Part shown: positions 45,400 to 54,009 of the stretch, in pieces | Position numbering within the stretch: position 1 is the stretch's first letter | Layout: every line of letters starts with the position of its first letter | Source of the DNA: an uncultured Gemmatimonadales bacterium | Lineage (GTDB): Bacteria; Gemmatimonadota; Gemmatimonadetes; Longimicrobiales; RSA9 | Length of the DNA: 64,000 nucleotides | Direction: 5' to 3' | NCBI GenBank assembly: GCA_963708135.1 | Contig: OY970192.1 | Location: forward strand, 3,954,529 to 4,018,528 | The notes under the pieces: model-generated | Database searches by the model: none | Told to the model about the DNA's origin: nothing | What the model saw: only the letters and a program-made list of their open reading frames with translations | Position numbers and translations under genes: made by a program

Positions 45400-46484
45400 C
45401 CCGCTCCCCGGCGGAGCGAGCGCTCCGCGAGATCCCCGGCATCGGCCCGAGCCTCGCCCACGACCTCTACGACCTCGGAATGCGTGCCGTGCCCGACCTC
45501 ACCGGCCGGGATCCTAGGGCCTTGTACGAGCGGCTCTCCGACATCCGCGGCGCGCGCATGGACCCTTGCGTCCTCTACACGTTCCGCTGCGCCGTATACT
45601 ACGCCTCCACGCCGGACCCCGACCCCGAGCTCCTCGCCTGGTGGCGCTGGAAGAACCGGCGCGGCGCGACCGAATCCCCACCGGAAAGCGTCCCTGCACC
45701 AGGCGCGACGCCGCGGTTCGCCGCGCGTGAGCCCGGGGAAGATCCCGAGTCCACGATGACGCCGGCAACCGCTGATCGATCGGGTGCCATGCCGGCCGCG
45801 GCATGGGACGCCATCCTCTTCGATCTCGACGGCACCCTCGCCAATACCGTCGAGCTCATCCTCCGCTGCTACCGCCATACCATGCGCGCACACCTCGGCG
45901 CCGAGCGCCCTGACGCGGAGTGGCTCGCCACCATGGGCACTCCCCTCGCCGAGCAGATGCGCGCGTTCGCCCGCTCGGACGAGGAGGGCGCCGCGATGGT
46001 CGGCACCTACGTCGCCTTCCAGAAGCAGGTACACGACACCCTCGTCCGGCCGTACCCCGGTGTCCCGTCGGCGCTGGACGCGCTCGCCGACGCGGCGGTA
46101 CCCATGGCGCTCGTCACCAGCAAGCGGCTCGGAATGACCCGCCGGACCCTCGACGTGTGCGGCATCCTCCACCACTTCGCCGTCATCGTCACTCCCGACG
46201 AGGTCGCCCGCCCCAAGCCCCACCCCGAGTCTGTCCTCGCCGCGCTCGAGCGCCTCGACGCCGGCTCGCCCGAGCGCGTGCTCTTCGTCGGCGACTCCCC
46301 CTTCGATCTTGCGGCGGGCCGCGCCGCCGGGACGCGCACCGCCGCCGCCACCTGGGGCCCCTTCTCACGCGACACCCTTCTCGGGCACGCGCCGGACTTC
46401 GTCCTCGACCGCATCGAGGACCTCATGGCCACCTCGCCGGCGAGCGCATCGCGACCCCCGCCACTACGGAGGCACCCACGCTGA
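45393..46484 (+). CDS. Helix-hairpin-helix domain fused (single ORF) to an HAD-superfamily phosphatase
   Basis: The ATG at 45393 overlaps the yggX stop. N-terminal region: ALREIPGIGPSLAHDLYDLGMRAVPDLTGRDPRALYERL. A Pro/Glu-rich linker follows. HAD motifs: ILFDLDGTLANT, VTSK, VGDSPFDLAAG. Internal ATGs at 45756 and 45789 could start a separate HAD protein. Confidence 0.65.
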   Translation: MVTRSPAERALREIPGIGPSLAHDLYDLGMRAVPDLTGRDPRALYERLSDIRGARMDPCVLYTFRCAVYYASTPDPDPELLAWWRWKNRRGATESPPESVPAPGATPRFAAREPGEDPESTMTPATADRSGAMPAAAWDAILFDLDGTLANTVELILRCYRHTMRAHLGAERPDAEWLATMGTPLAEQMRAFARSDEEGAAMVGTYVAFQKQVHDTLVRPYPGVPSALDALADAAVPMALVTSKRLGMTRRTLDVCGILHHFAVIVTPDEVARPKPHPESVLAALERLDAGSPERVLFVGDSPFDLAAGRAAGTRTAAATWGPFSRDTLLGHAPDFVLDRIEDLMATSPASASRPPPLRRHPR

Positions 46485-46532
46485 CGGCGCCCGCCGGGAC
46501 GCGAAATGTCGCGCCGGCTCCGCCCTTGCGGC

Positions 46533-47777
46533 TCATTCGTAGCGCAGCGACTCCACCGGGTCCACCGACGCCGCGCGCCGCGCGGGAAACACTCCTGCCG
46601 CGAGGCCGATCATCGTGAGGATCCCCACCGTCGTAAGCGCGATCGGCCACGACAGCTTCGGGTTCGCGATGAACTCCATGGCCATGTTCGTCCTGGGCAA
46701 CGAGCCGACGATCGCCACGATCCCCGACGCCAGCGCGAGCCCCGCCAGGCCCCCAATGAACGCCAGCAGCAGCGCCTCGAAGACGAACTGCGCCACGATG
46801 TGGCGCCGCCGCGCGCCGATCGCCAGCTTCACCCCGATCTCCCGCGTCCGCTCGCGCACCACCACGTACATGATGTTGGCCACCCCCACCCCCGCCACCA
46901 GCAGCGTGAACGCGCCCACCACACCCAGGAAGATCTGGATGCCCGCGCCAATCAGCCGCGTCATCCGCTCATCCTCGAAGAAGTCCCAGATCGCGAGCGC
47001 CCGCTCGTCCTTCGGGTCGAAGCGGTATTGGCGCCCGAGGACCTCATAAAGCCGCTGCTTCACCAGCCGGGCGTCCGCCTCCGTCCGCGGCGCCACCAGC
47101 AGCGAACTCACGTGCCGCGTGCCGAAGATCGTGGCGAACGTCGTCGCCGGAATCACTATCCTGTCCGCGTCGGGCCCGTTGTTCATGCTTGTCTGCAGCT
47201 TCTTCTCCATCGTCCCGACGACCGTGAACGGCAGCCCATCCAGAACCAGACGCCGCCCCACCGGGTCCGCCCCGCCGAAGAGCTGCTTCGCGATCGAGTC
47301 GCCCAGGAAGACTACCCGCCGGCGCTGCTCGAGATCACGCTCGTTCAGGAAGCGGCCGCCCGCCACCGGGTACATGTGCCGCAGCAGTTCGAACTGCGGC
47401 GACACCCCCTCCATGTACCCCGTCGTCCGCACCCGCCCCACCTGCACCGCCACGTTGTCCCGACCGTACGATGGGCTCACGAGCCCGATCTCCGGGATCG
47501 AGCGCACGAGCAGATCCAGGTCATCCGCCGTTAACCGGATGCTGCGCCCCTTCGGCAGGCCCTCCCATACCCGGCTCGTCTCCCCGCCCCACACCATGAA
47601 CATCTTCTCGCCCGCGTTCAGCAATCCCTCCACCACCGCCTGCTTCAGCCCCTCACCGAACGAAAGCAGCAGCACCACCGCCAGCGTCCCCCACAGCACC
47701 GCCAGCGTCGTGAGGGCCGCGCGCAGCTTCTGCGTCCGGAGATCGCCCCAGAACTCCTCGAGAAGGATCCTCCACAT
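46533..47777 (-). CDS. ABC transporter permease, FtsX/MacB-type
   Basis: 414 aa. N-terminal TM: LRAALTTLAVLWGTLAVVLLLSFG. A large periplasmic domain is followed by the C-terminal FtsX region ANIMYVVVRERTREIGVKLAIGARRRHI. Confidence 0.85.
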   Translation of the reverse strand: MWRILLEEFWGDLRTQKLRAALTTLAVLWGTLAVVLLLSFGEGLKQAVVEGLLNAGEKMFMVWGGETSRVWEGLPKGRSIRLTADDLDLLVRSIPEIGLVSPSYGRDNVAVQVGRVRTTGYMEGVSPQFELLRHMYPVAGGRFLNERDLEQRRRVVFLGDSIAKQLFGGADPVGRRLVLDGLPFTVVGTMEKKLQTSMNNGPDADRIVIPATTFATIFGTRHVSSLLVAPRTEADARLVKQRLYEVLGRQYRFDPKDERALAIWDFFEDERMTRLIGAGIQIFLGVVGAFTLLVAGVGVANIMYVVVRERTREIGVKLAIGARRRHIVAQFVFEALLLAFIGGLAGLALASGIVAIVGSLPRTNMAMEFIANPKLSWPIALTTVGILTMIGLAAGVFPARRAASVDPVESLRYE

Positions 47778-47781
47778 GCGC

Positions 47782-49015
47782 CTACCCCCGCATGCACTCG
47801 ACTGGATCCAGCGCCGCGGCCTTGCGCGCCGGAAACAGCCCCGCCAGGAACGCTACTCCGCCCAGCAGCGCTACGGTGCCCGCCAGCGCCACCGGCGAAA
47901 GCATCGGAACCCCCACGCTGTCCTGCAGCGGCAGCCGCGCCGCAATCTTCACCACACCTACGCTGAACGCCAGCCCGAGCACGGCGCCGACTCCCACGAT
48001 CAGGAACGTCTCGCCGATGAACTGCCCCAGGATGTCCCGACGCGTCGCGCCCAGCGAGCGCTTGATCCCGATCTCGTGCCGCCGCTCCCGCACCACCACG
48101 TACATGATGTTCGCGACCCCGATCCCGCCCACCAGCAGCGTGAAGCTGCCTACGATGGCGAGGAAGAGGTTGAAGCCGCCGAACAGGTAACGGAACATCT
48201 TCATCTGCTCCGTCGTGTCCCACACGCCGAGCGCGTCCTCGTCCGTCGGATTGAACTTGTCCCGCCGCCCCAGCACCCGGTACATCCCGCGTCTGGCTGG
48301 CCTTCGACACCCGCGGATCTACCGGCTTGTAGACGATGTTGTGCAGCGTGCGTGCGCCGAACACCGCCCGGAAAGTGCTCGCCGGCATGAACAGGCGGCT
48401 TTGGTCCCGCGCGCTGTAGGAGCTGTTCTGCGTCTTGTGACGCATGACGCCCACCACCGTGAACGGCACGCCACCGACCTCGATCTGCCTCCCGACGGCC
48501 GCGCCATCTCCGAACAGCAGCCGCTTCACCTCGTCCCCCAGCACCGCCACGCGGCGCCGCTCCTGCAGGTCGATCGCATCGAGGAACCGCCCGCCCGCGT
48601 CCACGTTGATGTTGCGCATCTGCCCGTACACCGGCGTCACGCCCGTCACATACGGGCTCGTCGTCGCCTTTCCCCACCGCACCGGCGTGCCCCACCGGCC
48701 GTACTCGGGGCTGATCTGCCCGATCTCCGGCACATCGCGCTGGAGCGCTCCCACGTCCTCCTCGCGCAGCTGGATCGAGCGGCCGTCGGGGAAGCCCTGG
48801 AACGGCTTCGTCGTCTTCCCGCCGAACACGATCACGATGCCGTCGCCGAGCCCGCGCGCGTTGCGTGTCATCTGCACCTGCAGCCCGACCCCGAACGCTA
48901 GCAGCACCACCACCGCCACGGTGCCCCAGGTGATCCCGAGTACCGTCAGCGCCGTGCGCAGCCGCTGCGTGCGTACGTCGTCCACGAACTGGTCCAGCAG
49001 AGCCCGCATGCGCAT
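47782..49015 (-). pseudogene. ABC transporter permease, FtsX/MacB-type paralog, frame broken by one extra base
   Basis: The N-terminal frame (from the ATG at 49015) reads MRMRALLDQFVDDVRTQRLRTALTVLGITWGTVAVVVLLAFG...KPVDPRVSKASQTR. The C-terminal frame reads MYRVLGRRDKFNPTDEDALGVWD...ANIMYVVVRERRHEIGIKRSLGATRRDI. Removing one C from the run at 48286-48288 gives SQTRMYRVLG. Confidence 0.8.
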
Positions 49016-49017
49016 GG

Positions 49018-50112
49018 CTACTTGACGTCCATGACCGGCTTCTCCAGCACCTTCTCGCCCGCCTTCAGCCCCGACAGCACCTCGATGTTGATCGCATCGC
49101 TCAGCCCGGTCCGGATCACCCGCTTCTGCTCCTTGCCGTCCGGCCCCGGCACCTTCACCCACGCCGTGTCGCCGTCGAACGTCACCACCCGCTCCGGGAT
49201 CTGCAGGACGGCTTCCTTGCGCTGGATGATGATCTCCGCGTTCGCCGAGTAGCCCGCGCGCAGCATCGCACCGCCCGTCAACGTCAGCCGGATCTCCACC
49301 GGGAACGTCGTCGCCGTCTCGTCCTTCTTGGCCTTCAGGCTGATCTTCGCGAGCACGCCCCGGATCTTCTCGTCCGGCAGCGCGCCCACCTTGATCTCGA
49401 CGGGCATCCCCTCGCGCAGCCGCCCCACGTCGATCTCGTCCACGTCGCCCCGGAAGATCAGGTGCTTCATGTCCGCCATGGTCATGAGCACGGTGCCTTC
49501 CTGGTAGGTGCTCAGCGGCACCACCGGGTCGCCCACCTCCACCTTCTTCTCCAGGATGTAGCCGGAGATCGGCGCCCGGACGAGGCTCTCGATCTCGCTG
49601 TTCGAGATCGTGACCTTCCCCTTCTCCATTAGCGCCAGCTTCTCTCTCGCCATCTCCACCTGCACCGCCGCCTGGTCGTACGCCTGCTTTGTCGCGTCGA
49701 ACGCCTGCGGAGCCACCAGCCCCTGCTTGCGAAGGTCCTCCTGCCGACCCAGGTCCCGCTTCTGCGCCTCCAGGTCCAGCTGCCGCAGCTCCAGCTGACG
49801 GCGCGCCTCCGCCAGCTCCAGCGGAGTCGGGTCCGGCTTGATCTCCAGCAGCGGCGCCCCAGCCTCCACATAGTCGCCGGGATCCGCGAAGCGACGCTTC
49901 ACCACGCCCGAGATCTTCGACTTGACGCTGACCTCCACGTCCGGCTGGATCGTGCCCACCGCCAGCGCCCGGTCCACCAGCGTGCCGCGCGTGACGGTCA
50001 CCGTCCGACCGCCGTCCTTGGGCGCGCCCTCGGCGCTCTTCAACGCGATGCCGCCCCCGAACAGCACCACCGGCAGGCCTACGCCGAGGGCGATCTTCCA
50101 TCGTCTCTTCAT
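49018..50112 (-). CDS. Efflux transporter periplasmic adaptor subunit (MacA/HlyD family)
   Basis: 364 aa from the ATG at 50112. It has a TM anchor (IALGVGLPVVLFGGGIAL), a lipoyl-like segment (GDYVEAGAPLLEIKPD), a coiled coil and beta-barrel segments (VRAPISGYILEKKVEVGD). Confidence 0.85.
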   Translation of the reverse strand: MKRRWKIALGVGLPVVLFGGGIALKSAEGAPKDGGRTVTVTRGTLVDRALAVGTIQPDVEVSVKSKISGVVKRRFADPGDYVEAGAPLLEIKPDPTPLELAEARRQLELRQLDLEAQKRDLGRQEDLRKQGLVAPQAFDATKQAYDQAAVQVEMAREKLALMEKGKVTISNSEIESLVRAPISGYILEKKVEVGDPVVPLSTYQEGTVLMTMADMKHLIFRGDVDEIDVGRLREGMPVEIKVGALPDEKIRGVLAKISLKAKKDETATTFPVEIRLTLTGGAMLRAGYSANAEIIIQRKEAVLQIPERVVTFDGDTAWVKVPGPDGKEQKRVIRTGLSDAINIEVLSGLKAGEKVLEKPVMDVK

Positions 50113-50356
50113 GGCTGGAGCTCCGTTCCGATCAGGCGCGAGGCCGGCGCCCCCCCCACGCCGGCCCACTCCCGTACGCCACGGTCCGGCGACCGGTTTC
50201 AGAGCCGCTCCCGCTCGGGACCACGCGCCGGCTCCGCCTTCCTCGCCGGCCGGCGCCCCGCGTGCCCCTTGCGCAGCCCCCACGCCGTTGACCCGCCCTC
50301 CCGCCGCATCTAGCTTCCTCCTTTCACCCACGGCCCCCTGATCCCGACCGCCAGAA

Positions 50357-51409
50357 ATGAAGCCCGTCTCCTTTCTTGCAGCCGCGCTCCTCGCGGCCGC
50401 GGCCGGACCGCTGCGGGCCCAGCGCCCGGAGGCGCTCTGGTACGCGACGGCTGGGGAGGAGAGCGTCCGCAGCTTCCTCGAGCACGCCGACCAGGTCTCC
50501 ATCGTTGCGCCCCAGACCTACAAGCTCGACGAGAGCGGCACCGTCTGGGGCTCGGTCGATCCTCGGCTCCTCGACGCCGCCCGCGAGCATCACGTGAAGG
50601 TCGTGCCCCTCATCGTGAACCCCGGCTTCGACCAGCCTCTGATCCATCACGTCCTGACCACGCCGGACGCCCGCGACCGCGCCGTCATGGCCATCGCCGA
50701 CCTGTGCCGCAACGAGCACTTCGACGGCATCCAGTTCGACTTCGAGAACATCAACGCCGCGGATCGCGACGCCTTCACCGACTTCTTCCGCCGCACCGCG
50801 GACGCGCTCCACGCCGTGAGCTGCACCGCCAGCGTCGCCGTCGTGCCACGGGCCGCCGAGTTCCCCGGCCCGACCTCGTATCACCACTGGATCTACGAGA
50901 ACTGGCGGGCCGCGTACGACTACGCGAAGCTCGCCCAGGCGGCCGATTTCCTCTCGCTCATGACGTACGATCAGCATACCGGGAACACGCCGCCCGGACC
51001 CGTCGCCGGCGTGCCCTGGATGGAGAGCGTCGTGGACTTCCTGCTCGCGCAGGGCGTGCCGCCGGCAAAGATCTCCCTCGGCATCCCCTCGTATTCCGTC
51101 CACTGGTTCCCCTCCTGGGACGCGCGGGGCGGCGCCCGCGTGGCGGCCCGCCAGCTGCCGTGGAGAACGGCCGATGGGCTCCTGCAGGCCAACCACGCCA
51201 AGCCGGTCTGGGATGACACGGCCCGCGTCTTCCACGCCCGCTGGATGAACGACGGCGTGGACGAGTACCTCTACCTCGAGGACGCTGCCTCCTTCCGCGC
51301 CAAGCGCAGCATCGTGGCGGCGCGCCATCTGCGCGGCTACTCCGTCTGGGTGCTCGGCTCCGAGGACCCCGCCGTCTGGACCATGCTTCGCGGGCTCGGC
51401 GGGCGCTGA
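50357..51409 (+). CDS. Glycoside hydrolase family 18-like secreted protein
   Basis: 350 aa. Signal: FLAAALLAAAAGPLRAQ. Catalytic-region motif: FDGIQFDFE. Also LMTYDQH and SLGIPSY. Confidence 0.8.
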   Translation: MKPVSFLAAALLAAAAGPLRAQRPEALWYATAGEESVRSFLEHADQVSIVAPQTYKLDESGTVWGSVDPRLLDAAREHHVKVVPLIVNPGFDQPLIHHVLTTPDARDRAVMAIADLCRNEHFDGIQFDFENINAADRDAFTDFFRRTADALHAVSCTASVAVVPRAAEFPGPTSYHHWIYENWRAAYDYAKLAQAADFLSLMTYDQHTGNTPPGPVAGVPWMESVVDFLLAQGVPPAKISLGIPSYSVHWFPSWDARGGARVAARQLPWRTADGLLQANHAKPVWDDTARVFHARWMNDGVDEYLYLEDAASFRAKRSIVAARHLRGYSVWVLGSEDPAVWTMLRGLGGR

Positions 51410-52122
51410 TGGCCCGCGGCATCGCCCTCGTCCTGGTGGATTTCGACGACACCCTCGTCGAAACCGCGCCCCGGTTCCTCGGCGCCCGGCGCGCCCTCTT
51501 CGCCCGTCTCGCCGAGCTCGGCTTCTCCGAGGAGGGGGCGAGCGAAGTGCACCATGAGCGGGTGGAGCGGGACATGATGCGGCGCTATGGCCTGGGGCCG
51601 GCCCGGCTCGAGCATTCCTTCCGGGAGACTTACATGGTTCTCTGCGAGGAGGCCGGGTCTCGGCCGGATGGCGACGTCGCCGCCGCGCTCGCCGGGCTCG
51701 GCCGCACCGTCGCGGGCACCCCGCCCGCCATCGACGGCGCGATCGACGCCCTGCGCGCCCTCGCCGCCGAGGTGCCGACGGTCCTCTACACGCAGGCCGG
51801 CGACGCCGACTACCAGCTCGGCTGCGTGCGCGAGACCGGCGTGCTCGAGGTGCTCCCTGCCGAGCACGTCCGCATCTGCCCGCGCAAGACCGCCGAGGCG
51901 TTCCGCGAGGCGGTCGGCCACTACGGCGTGCCTGCCGAGGAGGCCTGGATGGTGGGAAACAGCATCCGCAGCGACGTGAATCCCGCCCTCGCCGCCGGCG
52001 CCAACGCGATTCTCATCGAGCTCGACGACCCCTGGGAGTTCGACCTCGTCGAGCCGCTCTCGGACGGCTTCGTGCGCGTCCGCTCCTTCCCCGAGGCCGT
52101 CCGTTTCCTGCTGGAGCGATGA
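51409..52122 (+). CDS. HAD superfamily hydrolase
   Basis: 237 aa. The ATG overlaps the upstream stop (TGATG). Motif I: LVLVDFDDTLVET. C-terminal motif: VGNSIRSDV. Confidence 0.8.
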   Translation: MARGIALVLVDFDDTLVETAPRFLGARRALFARLAELGFSEEGASEVHHERVERDMMRRYGLGPARLEHSFRETYMVLCEEAGSRPDGDVAAALAGLGRTVAGTPPAIDGAIDALRALAAEVPTVLYTQAGDADYQLGCVRETGVLEVLPAEHVRICPRKTAEAFREAVGHYGVPAEEAWMVGNSIRSDVNPALAAGANAILIELDDPWEFDLVEPLSDGFVRVRSFPEAVRFLLER

Positions 52123-52123
52123 C

Positions 52124-52555
52124 ATGCACGTGAAGCTCGCCGTGGTCGCCGATTACGCCAATGTCAGCACCGACGGAAAGCTCAACATCCTGGGCATCTT
52201 CGAGCGCATCCACGTGACGGAGCTGCCGGCCGTGCATCCACAGATGCACCTCGTGCTCCGCCTCGAGGCGCACCCCGCCGAGCGCGACCGGCCGCACGGC
52301 GTGGAGATCCGCCTCCAGGACCCGGACGGCCAGACCATCTTCCAGCTCGGCGGCGAGATCGTACCGCGCGGGCCCGCCGGCCAGACGATCCTCAACAATC
52401 AGATCCTGACCATCAACAACCTCGCAATCGGCAAGGTCGGTGAGTACAATTTCGTCATCTTCGTCGACAATGACCTGAAGGCGGAGACGCCGCTCTCCGT
52501 CGCCTTCGCCGCGGAGCCGCCCGCCGTCGGGGAGGGTGCCGGTCCGATCATGTGA
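52124..52555 (+). CDS. Hypothetical conserved protein (143 aa)
   Basis: The ATG is 1 nt after the HAD stop. The sequence MHVKLAVVADYANVSTDGKLNILGIFERIHVTELPAVHPQMHLVLRLE... is of normal composition. I cannot name a family with confidence. Confidence 0.55.
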   Translation: MHVKLAVVADYANVSTDGKLNILGIFERIHVTELPAVHPQMHLVLRLEAHPAERDRPHGVEIRLQDPDGQTIFQLGGEIVPRGPAGQTILNNQILTINNLAIGKVGEYNFVIFVDNDLKAETPLSVAFAAEPPAVGEGAGPIM

Positions 52556-52623
52556 CGCGCCGCCGCGCGACACCCGCGCGGCCCTCGCGGGTATGAACGC
52601 CTTCACCACGACCCGGGGATCCA

Positions 52624-53097
52624 ATGCTCGACGAGATCAAGACGAAAATCGCCGACGAGATCGACCGCCTGCAGTACGAGCTCACGGTGACGCTTCCCGC
52701 TGCCATCCAGAAGGCGGTGGAGCTCGGCGACCTGCGCGAGAACGCCGACTACAAGTCGTCGCTCGAGCGCCAGCAGTTCGTGCAGGCGCGCATCGGCCAC
52801 CTGAGCCAGCGCCTCTCCGAGCTCTCCAAGATCGACCTCGCCGCCATCCCCGACGACCGCGTGGGCTTCGGTTCCAGGGTCACGCTCCGCGATCTACGCA
52901 GCGGCGAGGAGATGACCTACACCATCGCCGCCGGCGACTACATCGACCTCGACGCCGGCCACATCTCGATGGCCTCCCCCGTGGGCCGCGGCCTCATGGG
53001 CCACCGCACGGGCGATGAGGTCGCCATCGACCTCCCCGCCGGCACCCGGACCTACAGGGTCCTCGACCTCGTGACCCTCCCCCAGATGGTCAAGTAG
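52624..53097 (+). CDS. greA: Transcription elongation factor GreA
   Basis: 157 aa. Motifs: AVELGDLRENADYKSSLERQQFVQARIGHL and ISMASPVGRGLMGHRTGDEV. Confidence 0.9.
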   Translation: MLDEIKTKIADEIDRLQYELTVTLPAAIQKAVELGDLRENADYKSSLERQQFVQARIGHLSQRLSELSKIDLAAIPDDRVGFGSRVTLRDLRSGEEMTYTIAAGDYIDLDAGHISMASPVGRGLMGHRTGDEVAIDLPAGTRTYRVLDLVTLPQMVK

Positions 53098-53128
53098 GCG
53101 GTCCGACCTCCGGAAGCCGACAGCCCAC

Positions 53129-53870
53129 TCAACCCACCTCGTCCCGGATACCCTCCACCACCCGGTCGGCGAGCGCCATGACGGTCAGGTACGGGTTGAT
53201 CTCCACGGAGTCCGGGAACAGGCTGGCGTCCGCCACCCGCAGCCACCCCATCCCGTGCACCCGGCCCCACGCATCCGTCACCGAATCGGCCGCGCTCCGC
53301 CCCATGCCGCAGCCGCCCATGAGGTGCGCCGCGGATACGCTCGTCTTTCCCGGCCTGAAGTGCCGCGCCTGGATGAGCGCTTCGACCTCGGCCGCGTCGC
53401 GCCGCTCGATCAGGGGTGGATCAGCCGACCGGGCATGGACGCGCCGGGCACCTGCGCCGAAGAAGATCCGTGCAGAGGCCCGCGTCGCCCTGACCATGGA
53501 CTCGATCACGGGGCGCGTGAGCCGGTAGTGGACGACCGGCCGGCCGGACCGGTCCACCGTCACCCGATTCCTCTGCACGGCGCGGTCGCACGCGAGCGCA
53601 CCCCTCGACGAAGAGCCGGTTGTTGTCGTTGATCTCGGCATCCGATAGCAGGTGCACGTGGTTCTGCTCCATGTACCTTCCCGAGCGACGCACCACGTCG
53701 GCATGCTCGAGGCCCTCGACCGCCCACTTCGAGGTCACCCGCTCCGGCGCCACGAGCGACGTCCCGGTGTACACGACCGTGGAGCCGCCGTACGCCCGCC
53801 CGAAGGCCAGCCTCATCGCCCCGTCCGCCGTGAGGAACCCACCCCCGTCCGCATAGAGCGCGGCCGCCAT
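53129..53870 (-). pseudogene. GMC-family oxidoreductase remnant (5'-truncated and frameshifted)
   Basis: The C-terminal frame reads ...ARIFFGAGARRVH...SAAHLMGGCGMG...VDAWGRVHGMGWLRVADASLFPDSVEINPYLTVMALA. The upstream frame reads ...GRAYGGSTVVYTG...SDAEINDNNRLFVEG. Removing one C from 53600-53603 joins them as FVEGALACDR. No N-terminal FAD (GxGxxG) region or start codon exists before the neighbouring gene's terminator. Confidence 0.65.
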
Positions 53871-53939
53871 CTCCAGCTCGCGCCCCGTGAACTCGCCAGC
53901 CCCACGCTCGCCCGCGGTTGCATTTGCCGTTGAACAAGA

Positions 53940-53967
53940 AGAGGCCCTGTCTCGCGACAGGGCCTCT
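53940..53967 (-). terminator. Intrinsic terminator of the Big_2 lipoprotein gene
   Basis: AGAGGCCCTGTC, loop tcgc, GACAGGGCCTCT: a perfect 12-bp stem. On the minus strand it is followed by TTCTTGTTC. Confidence 0.7.
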
Positions 53968-54009
53968 CCCCTCCTGCGTGCTACCGGTGTTGCTTCAGGC
54001 GGCTATGGC

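Noticed and set aside
49016-50101. The upstream part of the 818-aa minus-strand ORF 47645-50101.
   Set aside because: Only the segment from the ATG at 49015 downward is FtsX-like. The upstream portion is an alternative frame of the adaptor gene and has Gly/Arg/Ala junk composition.
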